From the IMG/VR virus record IMGVR_UViG_3300020037_001957, positions 1-64,000 of that record: a stretch of 64,000 nt of DNA. One strand, given 5' to 3'. Source of the DNA: a virus. Its lineage: Duplodnaviria > Caudoviricetes. This document shows positions 20,620 through 30,155 of the stretch, one piece after another. Positions within the stretch are counted from its first letter, which is position 1. Every line of letters begins with the position of its first letter. The position numbers and the translations under genes are program-made. The notes under the pieces are model-generated. The model was not told the DNA's origin. It made no database searches and worked only from the letters and a program-made list of their open reading frames with translations.

Positions 20620-20825
20620 TCTTTTATAGATTCTCTGATAAGTAAAATATTAGGGAACACAATGAGGACTAATAAACACGCCCACCCCAAATAGTAATCA
20701 AAATAAGTTTCAAAACTTGAGCTGTTTAACAATAAATTATAAAGAGCTACGGGCAACACTATCGCTGTAATTATAGCGTGGATTTTATTCCATGTGTGTC
20801 TAAGGTGAAATTTTAACTTTATCAT
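20604..20825 (-). CDS. Small two-TM membrane protein
   Basis: Two hydrophobic helices. Confidence 0.55.
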   Translation of the reverse strand: MIKLKFHLRHTWNKIHAIITAIVLPVALYNLLLNSSSFETYFDYYLGWACLLVLIVFPNILLIRESIKDWKKK

Positions 20826-20887
20826 AGCTTTACTTTATCTAAATGGTCTTTATCAAATACGTTTATTAGTTTCTTTGTTTTATAAAG

Positions 20888-20921
20888 AAGGGGAAGTAAA
20901 ATTTCACTTCAACTTCCCCTT
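20888..20921 (-). terminator. Intrinsic terminator
   Basis: AAGGGGAAGT...ACTTCCCCTT inverted repeat just after the 20947 stop. Confidence 0.6.
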
Positions 20922-20946
20922 TCAATCTTATTTATAATCGGTTAAC

Positions 20947-22545
20947 TTAGCTTCTCCATGAATCAGAAGCAACAGCAGCAAACTCAAGTAAGCTTGGTGT
21001 AGCTAAATCAGCACTTTGTAAAGCATAGATACATGGAATCATCTCATCACCCGAATCTAAAGTGAATGTTTGAGTTACAGTTGGTTTGTAACCATCAATG
21101 AAGAAGGTACAAGCTCCTGTAATATCAACACGTACTTCTAATACACGGGTAGTAGCATCAGCCCAAACAACAGTAGTGTCAGTAGCAGTATTACCCGCAC
21201 TGTTCTTCTCAGTGTTTGTGTAGATTTGACCTGCTGAACTTCCAATTCCAATTACAGCGTAATCAGAATAAGAAGTGAAGGTAGCACCATAAGCAGCTTT
21301 CTTACGGAAACCAACCCATAATGGATTAACACCCGAAGCGTCATCTAAAGTGATTTTAGCGTAAACACTAAAAGCTTGTTGACCTACTACGAAAGATTTT
21401 TGAGAATTAGCCCATGTTGGAGCAGATAACTCAACACCTTCTGCGGCAGTTGCATCTAACACTAAACCTAAACCGTCATTAGTTGAAACTAAAGCTAGTA
21501 AAGTTGAAGTTGCAATAGGAGAATAGTGAGCAGAGAATCCGTTACCTAAACTTACTACGTTCTCAGCTTGGGCAACTCCCGAAGGAAGACCTGTTCCTAA
21601 ACCTTGAGATACAGTAGCAGTATTACCCATGAAGATAATAGCGTTTGAATCATTAGCGTATTGTCCGAAAACGTCAAACAAGATTTCACGCTCGAAAGCT
21701 TTGAATCCTGCTAAGTTAGTTACAGAACTACCTGTTCCGTTATCTACAACCGCGAATTGCTCTTCTACTTGGTAAACGTATTGCTCAGTTAAAGTAGTAC
21801 CTGCAACAACCTTTAACGAACTAATACCAAAGATGTCATAATTCTGACCGCTTGTAGCATAAGTTACGGGATTGGTGAAAGTAGCAGGAGCTTTAAATGT
21901 ACCTGAGATTAAGTTACCAAAAGTAAAGTCAACAACAGGAGCGTCTTGTGCTAATCTAGCACCAACACCTGAAGAGAATACTGCGGCAGTTGTAATCACA
22001 AAGTTAGTAGCAGCAAAACCTGTACCGTCATCGTTAGTTACAGGAAGAACAATGTTCGGTCCTTGTACGTTGGTCATGTTTTGCGCTCTTGCAGGGTAGT
22101 AACCACCATCATCAGTAACAGTGATACCGTTACCACTTCCTACTGTTACAGCAGTACAATGATTAGAAGCATCAGCATTAATCGCAGTGATAATAGCTGC
22201 GCTAATTGCTTCACGTTGGTCTGCGGCAAGCGCTCCGATTGTAGTAATTACAGCAGGAGTTGCGTACGAGTAGTACTTAGGTGTTTCTTGATAACCCGCA
22301 GCTACACGAAGTGGGTCATAAATTTCCACAGCATAAACTGTACTTGCAACAGGAGTGTAAGCAGTACCTAATAAGGTAACCACTTGCGGCACTTCTGCGC
22401 GGTATTTAATTTGATAGATTGAAGAAATGTCCTTCTTAGGCACGCTTCTCAAACCCGTGATGGAAAGTAAACCACCACCATTTTGCACATTATTCGCTGA
22501 CGAAGTTTTGAGCAAAACCGATTTTTCGATTGTTCTTGCACTCAT
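20947..22545 (-). CDS. Auxiliary capsid / major structural protein (crAss-like)
   Basis: 532 aa, Thr/Ala/Val-rich and beta-rich, highly-expressed-type codon usage, downstream of the MCP. Confidence 0.6.
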   Translation of the reverse strand: MSARTIEKSVLLKTSSANNVQNGGGLLSITGLRSVPKKDISSIYQIKYRAEVPQVVTLLGTAYTPVASTVYAVEIYDPLRVAAGYQETPKYYSYATPAVITTIGALAADQREAISAAIITAINADASNHCTAVTVGSGNGITVTDDGGYYPARAQNMTNVQGPNIVLPVTNDDGTGFAATNFVITTAAVFSSGVGARLAQDAPVVDFTFGNLISGTFKAPATFTNPVTYATSGQNYDIFGISSLKVVAGTTLTEQYVYQVEEQFAVVDNGTGSSVTNLAGFKAFEREILFDVFGQYANDSNAIIFMGNTATVSQGLGTGLPSGVAQAENVVSLGNGFSAHYSPIATSTLLALVSTNDGLGLVLDATAAEGVELSAPTWANSQKSFVVGQQAFSVYAKITLDDASGVNPLWVGFRKKAAYGATFTSYSDYAVIGIGSSAGQIYTNTEKNSAGNTATDTTVVWADATTRVLEVRVDITGACTFFIDGYKPTVTQTFTLDSGDEMIPCIYALQSADLATPSLLEFAAVASDSWRS

Positions 22546-22644
22546 TTTGTTTAATTTTTAAGTTGTTAATATGATATAAATTTACGGTTTGTTTTACCTC
22601 ATTATTCATATTGTTGAAAACTTTGTACTAAAAAACGCAACCTT

Positions 22645-23466
22645 TTAATTTGTCTCCCTTGCTTCCTTCTCAGAAAACATAGAAGCGTCGTAATTCGCGA
22701 TGTTGCCAAGCATAATTTTACTCGCAAGAATAGCGATGTCATCATGTGTTTTAGCAGGTAGTTCACATGGAGTGGTATTACTTGCTAGTATCACTTGCCC
22801 CGATGTTAATAGCTGCGCTGTCACGCCTGTTATCGTAGCTCCAATGGCATAAGTAACACCATTGTAAATAGATTGCTGTGTAGCGTAATACGTTGCTAAA
22901 TTAGTTAATGTTACGGCAGGACCGCCATCAATCAACTGAGTCTCTAGCCCTATTGTAAATGTAGTGGGAATCTTAATGTAAGTGAGAATAGAAGATGTCA
23001 GCGTCCCACTATTACTTCTCCATAATGTTAGCCCCGTTGTTTGACAATTAAAATAAGGCTTCTCATTAGTTGGGTGCATAAAACTATTCTCAAGTAATGG
23101 TCCAACTTCATTAAAGTTAGTTGGTCTTGCATATACTGTATAACCATCAATTATAGAAGTGAGTAAAAGAAAATCTCTATAATCTGTTGGGACAGCCGCC
23201 GTTGCAGGGAGAGCTGAATAGTACTTATTAGTTACTGCCGTTCCTGCCGCAAATGTAGGAGCAGATGTTTTAACCAACGTAAAAATATCATCTTTGATTT
23301 GTTGAAACCTCTCAGGAGTTCTTTGGCTTTGGTCGCCAATCCTCTCTTGAATGAATTGCAACATCGCTATGTTTACAGCGTCATCGTATTCAAAATTGTA
23401 AAACCTTGCGGCTTTAGATATGTTATTGTAGAAATCAATTTTGTTTCTAAGTTGCACACTATTCAT
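22645..23466 (-). CDS. Tail ring / head-tail connector protein
   Basis: C-terminal CELPAKTHDDIAILASKIML pattern of crAss-like ring proteins. Confidence 0.6.
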   Translation of the reverse strand: MNSVQLRNKIDFYNNISKAARFYNFEYDDAVNIAMLQFIQERIGDQSQRTPERFQQIKDDIFTLVKTSAPTFAAGTAVTNKYYSALPATAAVPTDYRDFLLLTSIIDGYTVYARPTNFNEVGPLLENSFMHPTNEKPYFNCQTTGLTLWRSNSGTLTSSILTYIKIPTTFTIGLETQLIDGGPAVTLTNLATYYATQQSIYNGVTYAIGATITGVTAQLLTSGQVILASNTTPCELPAKTHDDIAILASKIMLGNIANYDASMFSEKEARETN

Positions 23467-23494
23467 CTTATGTTATTTTGAAGTAAATATAATA

Positions 23495-23524
23495 AAAAAG
23501 GCGGATATTACTCCGCCCTTCTTT
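23495..23524 (-). terminator. Intrinsic terminator
   Basis: AAGGCGGA...TCCGCCCTT stem with a T-run on the minus strand. Confidence 0.65.
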
Positions 23525-24676
23525 TTAGTTAGTATTCAACTTTTCAGCCGCTTCGACTTTCTCTCGGAGTTTCTCTAAATCCTTTATTAAGTGAACTCCC
23601 TTAATTCCTAGCTGTTTGCCTCTAGCTAATAGGGCAGAAAACTCAGGGTCTATCTTACCTAAAATTGCTTCAGATAATTCTTCCACCTTAGTTCCGCTTG
23701 TTGCTGCCAACTGCGCTTCTAGTTCTCTGATACGTTTTGCTTGTGCTAATTCCTTAGCGTTTTGCTCAGTTACAGTTCCCTTAGTTATAGAGTTACTTTC
23801 TAATGTTCCTTTATCCTTTTGACGAGATAATGAATCAATAGCCGCCAAAGTCTTCGGATGTTCTTTTAAGAATGATACACACTGCTCGTCATTGTGTCCT
23901 AAGCTAAGTCCGTTAAAACTTACCCCTTCACTCAGTGAGCTTGTCAGCACCCCTGTAAGCACTCCTTTACGAAGTGTTGCAAGTTCTGTTCTTGAATCAC
24001 TCTTGTATATTTTTAAGAAGTCTTTAGGATTTTGCTCAGCATATCTAAACACTTGAGCGTGTAATCTTAATGCAGACATTGATTTAGGGTCAAGTCCACA
24101 AGAAAGCGCAATCTCTTCTAATTGCTTATTGTCATCAGCCAACGCTTCTGCAATATCTGTTGCGCTGCGTTTAACAACCTGTGACATCATGTACTCTCTA
24201 TCTTCTCTCTCCTTATCAGTAGCTTTGTATCTAGCCTTCATGTTAGAATCGAAGTTGTGGTTTTGTTCAACACCGCCAACTACATCCGTGAAATAAGGGC
24301 TGTTCTTTACCATAATCCATTCTTGACGTTGTGACTTAATTGACAAGTCATACGTGTCGTGGTTACTGAGAGTGATTTTTCTCCAAATCGGCTCTCCTGT
24401 TTTAGCGTCCCAACTAATCGGAATACCGATAAAACATTCTCTCTTTACATCATTTAATAGTTTAAATCCTGCGTTGTTCTCGTGTCGGTTAGACACTTTA
24501 ACAGGCTTTAGTTCCACGATGCCGTATCTTGGGGCTAGTTCATCGTTTTCTAAATTCAATAATTTAAACTCGTTGCCGTTCTTTGGATTTCTCCAAAAAA
24601 CAAACTCTACGTCCTCTTGGGTAGCCGCGCCACCCGAATTTTTGCTCGTAGAAGGAATGAAAACACTTTGGCTCAT
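23525..24676 (-). CDS. Conserved head-module hypothetical protein
   Basis: 383 aa directly downstream of the MCP, matching crAss-like gene order. Confidence 0.55.
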   Translation of the reverse strand: MSQSVFIPSTSKNSGGAATQEDVEFVFWRNPKNGNEFKLLNLENDELAPRYGIVELKPVKVSNRHENNAGFKLLNDVKRECFIGIPISWDAKTGEPIWRKITLSNHDTYDLSIKSQRQEWIMVKNSPYFTDVVGGVEQNHNFDSNMKARYKATDKEREDREYMMSQVVKRSATDIAEALADDNKQLEEIALSCGLDPKSMSALRLHAQVFRYAEQNPKDFLKIYKSDSRTELATLRKGVLTGVLTSSLSEGVSFNGLSLGHNDEQCVSFLKEHPKTLAAIDSLSRQKDKGTLESNSITKGTVTEQNAKELAQAKRIRELEAQLAATSGTKVEELSEAILGKIDPEFSALLARGKQLGIKGVHLIKDLEKLREKVEAAEKLNTN

Positions 24677-24699
24677 TTTTTCTTTGTTTTGTTTGTTTA

Positions 24700-24735
24700 T
24701 AAAAAAGAGAGGCAGGTTGTCCTTACCTACCTCTC
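24700..24735 (-). terminator. Intrinsic terminator after the major capsid gene
   Basis: GAGAGGCAGGT...ACCTACCTCTC stem followed by a T-run on the minus strand. Confidence 0.65.
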
Positions 24736-24747
24736 AATTATTTTAGA

Positions 24748-26268
24748 TTAAGATACGCGTGGGTAGATAATACCGCATAATTGAGTATTATATACACATA
24801 ACATATCTTGTTTTAAGATTGCATACACATCAGCATCTTCTTGGGTGATTGCTGTTTGAGATGAACCAGTCATACCTGATAACATTGCTGTTACCTTGTT
24901 ACGATTACGTCCGTTACCTTCTTTGTGTAAAATCTCCATGTTCTTACCATTTGCGCTTTCGCCAATAGGGAAGAAGTAGTAGGTAGAACCTAATACAGAT
25001 TTACCGTTAGTTAAGGTTTGTGGACGGTATAAAGAGTCATCACACATTGGATTCTCAACACAAATCAATGAGCTACCTGCTACATTAATTTTAGAGAAAG
25101 TGTAACCAACTTCGCGAGCTGCTCCACCTGCAACTTTAGTTGCACCTGTTTGGTTATTAACATCCATGAAGGTAATGTTTTGCATTACTCCTAAAGCTAC
25201 TGCCTCAGATTGGAAGTTAGAGAAACCATCTGCTCCTGTTACCATTACCCATGTGTAACCTGAAATCATGTTACCTTTTTTCTTTAAGGTAGTCATCATA
25301 TCAATGAAGTCATCAATAGTAGCTTGTCCTGTGATACCTGAAGCTGTGATAACGTTACCACCTGCAACTTGCTCTTCAAAACCGTCACCTTGAATGATTG
25401 GAAGTCCTGTGTCAGGGTCAGTCATACGAGATTGAGTTAATAAAGCACCGTTAGCATCCTTCATGGTAGAAACACCATGCCATTTAGCACGCTCGTTACG
25501 GATAGTTAATTTAGCTTCTTCTTGAGCTACTTCTTCAGGCATCCATCCTTTTACAGTTTTGTCTACACCGTCTTTAGTAGTCATGTAGTTCAACCAAAGA
25601 ACACGCGCGCCTGCGTCACCTGAAATGGTAGCGGTAGCACGTTGAGTGGTCATGTGATTGATAAACATATCAGGGAACTTAGATTCACCGTAACCGCGAA
25701 GTGATTTCTCACCAAATGCAGTCCATGAAGCAAAACAAGTTTTAGTTCCACTTGATTGAGTGTGAGTAGCAAATACAAAAGTATCACCACTGTTAGCTTG
25801 GAAGTCATACTGATAACCACCTGCAACAGAACGCGCAGAGGTAAGTACTGTGGCAACGAAGTTACCTGTACCACCGAAAGTTACTACGTGTCCTTTTTTC
25901 AAGTGAGTGTCTTGCATCTTTAAAGTGAAAGTTCCATCAGTTTGAGTAGAACCTACTTGAGATAGGATGGTAGCAGTTCTCTCGATGCGACTCATGATAC
26001 GGAACTGATAAGCATCAGTGCCAATACCCATAGAAGTACCGCGAGTTGAAGCACCCGGACTATCTGTTTGTACTGAAGGGTCAATACCGTATGGAGTTAC
26101 TACACCTGAAGTTAACATTGTAAACAATGAACGACGGTTAGCAAATTCAATCCATTTACGGATTTCAGGAAATACTGCTTGATTAGTTATCAAGTCATTT
26201 TGTACTGTGCAATCGTTTGAATAAGTACCTGTTGATACCGTGATTACACCTGCGTTTGTTGCTGGCAT
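24748..26268 (-). CDS. Major capsid protein (crAss-like HK97 fold)
   Basis: 506 aa; FINHMTTQR, ERAKWHG, WVMVTGADGF, ICVENPMCD motifs; biased codon usage; downstream of the scaffold and portal genes. Confidence 0.85.
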   Translation of the reverse strand: MPATNAGVITVSTGTYSNDCTVQNDLITNQAVFPEIRKWIEFANRRSLFTMLTSGVVTPYGIDPSVQTDSPGASTRGTSMGIGTDAYQFRIMSRIERTATILSQVGSTQTDGTFTLKMQDTHLKKGHVVTFGGTGNFVATVLTSARSVAGGYQYDFQANSGDTFVFATHTQSSGTKTCFASWTAFGEKSLRGYGESKFPDMFINHMTTQRATATISGDAGARVLWLNYMTTKDGVDKTVKGWMPEEVAQEEAKLTIRNERAKWHGVSTMKDANGALLTQSRMTDPDTGLPIIQGDGFEEQVAGGNVITASGITGQATIDDFIDMMTTLKKKGNMISGYTWVMVTGADGFSNFQSEAVALGVMQNITFMDVNNQTGATKVAGGAAREVGYTFSKINVAGSSLICVENPMCDDSLYRPQTLTNGKSVLGSTYYFFPIGESANGKNMEILHKEGNGRNRNKVTAMLSGMTGSSQTAITQEDADVYAILKQDMLCVYNTQLCGIIYPRVS

Positions 26269-26293
26269 TTTATTTTAGTTTTTGAGATTAATA

Positions 26294-27490
26294 TTATTGT
26301 TTCCCAAAAGCTTCTCTAATGATGTCAAACTGGTTGGCTGTTTCGTTAATTGGTTCTGTGTTCACTACCTTTTGTCCACCCGCAGTTGTTGCAGGAGGAA
26401 TGTTAGCAGCTTTTTTGATTTGCGATTCCTTGCCTTGCGCGAAAGCTGAATCTTTAATAAGCTTGGAAAACTTACCTCCCAATTCACGGAAGAGTATTGT
26501 GTTAACTTTTGCTTCTGCGGCTGATAATTCGTTGTCATAAAGCCCACCACGGAACTTTTGAGCAACAGCATCTTTGAACTCTTTAGGAATAGGAACTCCC
26601 ATAAAGTCTGACTTATCATTCAGAGTCTTTAGGAATAGGGTAGTTTCTTGTTCCTTCTTTTGTTGCTCGATGCGTTGTCTATCAGCAGTATGTTTCTGTA
26701 CAAGTTCATTCTTTGTATTAAGCACCGCTTCTCTGCGCTCTAATGCATCTTTCTTGTCAGATAATATGTTCACTCTTTCCATCTTAGCTCTATGCGCTAG
26801 TTTACCGCTTTCTGCTAATTGGTCAAGTTCAGTTTCTATGTCTTCGGGAGTTAAGTCAGGTATAGTTTCCAATACCGCCCGCACTAATTCAGCGTCAGGT
26901 AGTTTAACCGCATTGTCTAAAATAGCAATGTGATTATCTATGTCCTTTGTAGGCTCTAGGATTAAATGTTGTGGTAATCCTAATTCCAACATTTCGAGGG
27001 CAGCCGCCACTTCAGGTTTGTACTCAGCAAACAAAGTTTCCTTTGTCATCTTAGCTACTTTGTCAAGTTCTGCTCTTGGTACAAAAGCTTCTTTAAAAGC
27101 ATCAAATGATTCTTCTGCTAAGTCAGCACCTAAGTCTTTAGCTAAAGCTTGAAAAGTTCCTTCTTCATAAGTTTTAGGAACATCCGAAATTGCAAACAAA
27201 GAATCCGTAGCCTCATTCTTTTCAGCGCTAGGTTCTTTTTTAACTTCTTCCTTAGCTTCTTCAGCGGGTTTCTCATCTGTTTTGGGAGATTCAATTTTGA
27301 TTTCAGAATCTTCACCTATTTTTTCATCGGTTACTACATCTGTGTTTTTTACATCTTGTGGTTTCTCTACCACGGGAGTTTCAATCTTAACGTCCTGATT
27401 TTGAGATAGGTTGTTAAGAAGCCTCCAATCGGGAGCTGCTGCAACACTCGGTTGCCCCGTTACGGGAGCTGATTGATTTTCTTCTGGCAT
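26294..27490 (-). CDS. Scaffolding-like protein
   Basis: Acidic, disordered N-terminus and coiled coil; immediately upstream of the MCP. Confidence 0.6.
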   Translation of the reverse strand: MPEENQSAPVTGQPSVAAAPDWRLLNNLSQNQDVKIETPVVEKPQDVKNTDVVTDEKIGEDSEIKIESPKTDEKPAEEAKEEVKKEPSAEKNEATDSLFAISDVPKTYEEGTFQALAKDLGADLAEESFDAFKEAFVPRAELDKVAKMTKETLFAEYKPEVAAALEMLELGLPQHLILEPTKDIDNHIAILDNAVKLPDAELVRAVLETIPDLTPEDIETELDQLAESGKLAHRAKMERVNILSDKKDALERREAVLNTKNELVQKHTADRQRIEQQKKEQETTLFLKTLNDKSDFMGVPIPKEFKDAVAQKFRGGLYDNELSAAEAKVNTILFRELGGKFSKLIKDSAFAQGKESQIKKAANIPPATTAGGQKVVNTEPINETANQFDIIREAFGKQ

Positions 27491-27561
27491 TTTGTGTTAA
27501 ATTTAAAAGGTTGCATAAATATCCACTTTTTTTCACCAAAGAGTACAAAAAGATATTAACA

Positions 27562-27612
27562 TTACAGATTTGTGATGGTTTGAAAGTTTTTTATTTCCTT
27601 ACAGATTTGTGA
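27562..27612. promoter_or_regulatory. Paired operator-like sites 2
   Basis: TTACAGATTTGTGA at 27562-27575 and 27599-27612 (37 bp period), upstream of the scaffold/capsid operon. Confidence 0.75.
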
Positions 27613-27664
27613 CGGAAAACTAAAATAAGAATCTCGCTAATTTAGATTTGGCTGATAAACTAAA

Positions 27665-27738
27665 ATAAAAAAAACCAACCTGTTAAGATTGGTTTCGCTG
27701 TGCCTCCGCCATTAAGGTTAAACCACGCTGTTTGAACG
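27665..27738 (-). ncRNA. Candidate small RNA (about 70 nt)
   Basis: TATATTTG boxes at 27742-27749 and 27757-27764; terminator AAACCAATC/GGTTGGTTT plus T-run at 27667-27695; no substantial ORF. Confidence 0.35.
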
Positions 27739-27781
27739 CTACAAATATAGTTGTCACAAATATACAAATAAATGTGACAAT

Positions 27782-27812
27782 AAAAAAAGCCACTCACTCA
27801 AGAATGGCTTTT
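27782..27812 (-). terminator. Intrinsic terminator after the sialidase-like gene
   Basis: AAAAGCCA...TGGCTTTT stem with a T7 run on the minus strand. Confidence 0.7.
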
Positions 27813-27894
27813 GGAATCGGTAAATTGTCTAACCCTTTATTATCAATTTAAACCGAAGTGTTATATATCGTTATAGTTGTTTTGTCTATTTGGG

Positions 27895-29739
27895 TCATAA
27901 AAAGTTTACTAAAGGAATTATAGCTTGTTTTAAATCATAATTAGCGTGAGCGACATCTCTATTATTATCCGCAAAAAACACCATTAAATCAGAACCAACA
28001 ACTATCGGCGTAGGTTCAATGAATTGGTCTAATGCCGTTGCGCTATACTTAATATCAATACAAGGGTAAAACGTTTCTCCATCAGTTGAAAAAGCAGTCT
28101 TTAATAAGTTTCTACCTATTGCGCTTGGATTATAAATTGCAACATATCTATTCGCTGCTATTTTATAAATAAATGTTTGTGAGTCCATTGCTAAAAGTCC
28201 TGCAATCTCATAAGAAGCTCCCCATGTTGTTCCGTCATCCGTAGAATTAGAACCCCATACACAATTTGCGCCGGCTTTTGCCCTTGCGAATCTTACCAAT
28301 GTTCCATCAGGCAGTTCATAGATTCCGGCCTCATCACACGAACCATCGGCAGGCGTGATTGTAGTTGCTGACATAGTCCAACTTGTGCCCTCGTTATCTG
28401 AATACATTACGTGACCATCGTATAAATTTACACCTGTTTGAATATAAACAGGTAATAATAATCTGCCTGTAACTGTTTTATAAATAACCCCTGCCGCAAG
28501 TGCCACAACTTCATTTAAAACCTCTCTAACCGTTGAAGCACTGCCCCAAGTAGCACCGTTGTCTGTGCTTACTTGTTGACTTATTTTACTGCCACCTACT
28601 ACCGTCTGATAATAAACACAAATAATATCTCCATTGTCTTTTTGATATAAAGAAGGAATTATAAAACACCCCCCCGAACTATTTAAGTATGTTAAATAAG
28701 TCCATGTTGTACCGTTTGAACTTGTATAAAAAACAATGTCTGCCGGTGCTGAGTCGTTTGGATTTGTTGAGTACCTAGAAAAAGCCATTAAATAAGTACC
28801 ATCGTCTAATAAGATTGGGCTTGCTGCATCGTATCTAGTGTTATCAACTGTATAATTAATTATGTCGTTTATATCAACTGAATAAGAAGTAGGCTCAACA
28901 AAAGGATATTTTATAATTAAAACACCGCTTCCACCATCGCCTCCACTTACATTTGTGCCCGAACCTCCACCGCCTCCACCTGTATTAGGTGTTCCGTCTA
29001 CTCCTGGTAAGGCCGCCGTTCCATTTCCGCCGCCACCTGCTCCACCTGTTCCAGGCGTACCCGTTCCATCCGTTGCACCGCCTCCACCGCCTCCGGCTCT
29101 AGTAACTCCGTCAATAGGCGATGCCGTTCCGCTTCCACCGTTACCATGTAGCAAGGAAGGCGCACCATTCCCACCAACTTGTGAGGAACCGCCCCCGCCG
29201 CCTGTTTCTTGTCCTGTACTTGTGCCGCCATCGTAACCTTGTCCACTTGTAGCAATGCCGCCTATTCCGTTTCTAGAACCGCCGCCGCCCGAACCACCAC
29301 TTCCACCATTTACAACTCCATAACCTCCGCTTCTACCTCTACCGCCTCCAATTGCTGTATATCCTAAAAATGTTGAGTTAGAACCATTTGTTGCATTATC
29401 ATCACCAAAGGCCCCCGTACCCCCTGCGCCTATAACACATGGTTTTAAGCCTGTTGTTAAAGCTATTCCGCTTTGATAAATTCTACCACCTGCGCCACCT
29501 CCTGAACCACCATTTGTGCATCCGCCGCCGCCGCCGCCTGCGATTAATTCAAATTCTATTTCGTTGTTTGCATTATCAGGAACAGACAAAACATTAAGTG
29601 TTTCGTTTGCGTTAATTTCATGATACTTATAACCGCCTGAAACAGACTCAAAACCTCCGTATGCTATAATATAATCAGGAACACCCCCCGAACCTGAGCC
29701 GTAACCTCTAAAAGCTATACCTCTTCCGCTACCTATCAT
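27895..29739 (-). CDS. Glycine-rich protein with a BNR/Asp-box sialidase-like beta-propeller (fiber / receptor-binding candidate)
   Basis: GGGGG/GGSGG/NTGGGGGG Gly-rich domain; Asp-boxes STDNGATW, SDNEGTSW, STDDGTTW, STDGETF. Confidence 0.75.
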   Translation of the reverse strand: MIGSGRGIAFRGYGSGSGGVPDYIIAYGGFESVSGGYKYHEINANETLNVLSVPDNANNEIEFELIAGGGGGGCTNGGSGGGAGGRIYQSGIALTTGLKPCVIGAGGTGAFGDDNATNGSNSTFLGYTAIGGGRGRSGGYGVVNGGSGGSGGGGSRNGIGGIATSGQGYDGGTSTGQETGGGGGSSQVGGNGAPSLLHGNGGSGTASPIDGVTRAGGGGGGATDGTGTPGTGGAGGGGNGTAALPGVDGTPNTGGGGGGSGTNVSGGDGGSGVLIIKYPFVEPTSYSVDINDIINYTVDNTRYDAASPILLDDGTYLMAFSRYSTNPNDSAPADIVFYTSSNGTTWTYLTYLNSSGGCFIIPSLYQKDNGDIICVYYQTVVGGSKISQQVSTDNGATWGSASTVREVLNEVVALAAGVIYKTVTGRLLLPVYIQTGVNLYDGHVMYSDNEGTSWTMSATTITPADGSCDEAGIYELPDGTLVRFARAKAGANCVWGSNSTDDGTTWGASYEIAGLLAMDSQTFIYKIAANRYVAIYNPSAIGRNLLKTAFSTDGETFYPCIDIKYSATALDQFIEPTPIVVGSDLMVFFADNNRDVAHANYDLKQAIIPLVNFL

Positions 29740-30143
29740 GTGAAGTCAGTTTGAACATTCCAATACAAAACACTTCCATTGTAATACCATGTTAGTATAT
29801 CTATTTTACCAACCGCTGTACTCAACGTTACTACCCCTGCTCCACCTCCTGACACCTTATTGGTGTATGCTGTCGGCAATGTCAGTGTATAGCTTCCGCT
29901 GCCACCCTGAATCACCTCTATCGTGCCATAAGAGCCTGAGTCTATTCCAATTATAGACAACGTTGCGCTTTCTGTTAGCGTCACCTTGGCGTTGTAATTA
30001 TTCGTAGCATTCCACGTAACAGTACTGCCACTTGTTAATGTTACGGGTTGCTGAAATGCAATCGTCCCGTTAGCCCATTCCTGAATAGCCTTAAACTTAT
30101 TCACCACGAATGGTACTTTTGATAAATCTAGTAATTTAAACAT
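29736..30143 (-). CDS. Small fiber-associated virion protein
   Basis: TLTSGSTVTWNAT...GTIEVIQGGSGSYTLTLP...IDILTWYYNG beta-domain seen in phage fiber proteins. Confidence 0.55.
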   Translation of the reverse strand: MFKLLDLSKVPFVVNKFKAIQEWANGTIAFQQPVTLTSGSTVTWNATNNYNAKVTLTESATLSIIGIDSGSYGTIEVIQGGSGSYTLTLPTAYTNKVSGGGAGVVTLSTAVGKIDILTWYYNGSVLYWNVQTDFT

Positions 30144-30155
30144 CTCTTTTATTTT

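Noticed and set aside
27505-27515. GCAACCTTT boxes at 27509-27514, about 54520 and about 22637 as further ECF promoters
   Set aside because: There is no CGT -10 box at 15-17 bp, and one is wrongly oriented. At most they are partial sites.
27845-27895. ATAAC...GTTAG after the sialidase-like gene as an attC-like site
   Set aside because: The interior does not base-pair.
28900-29540. GCC/CCG-rich tract as a repeat or mobile element
   Set aside because: It is fully explained by poly-Gly codons of the fiber-like protein.
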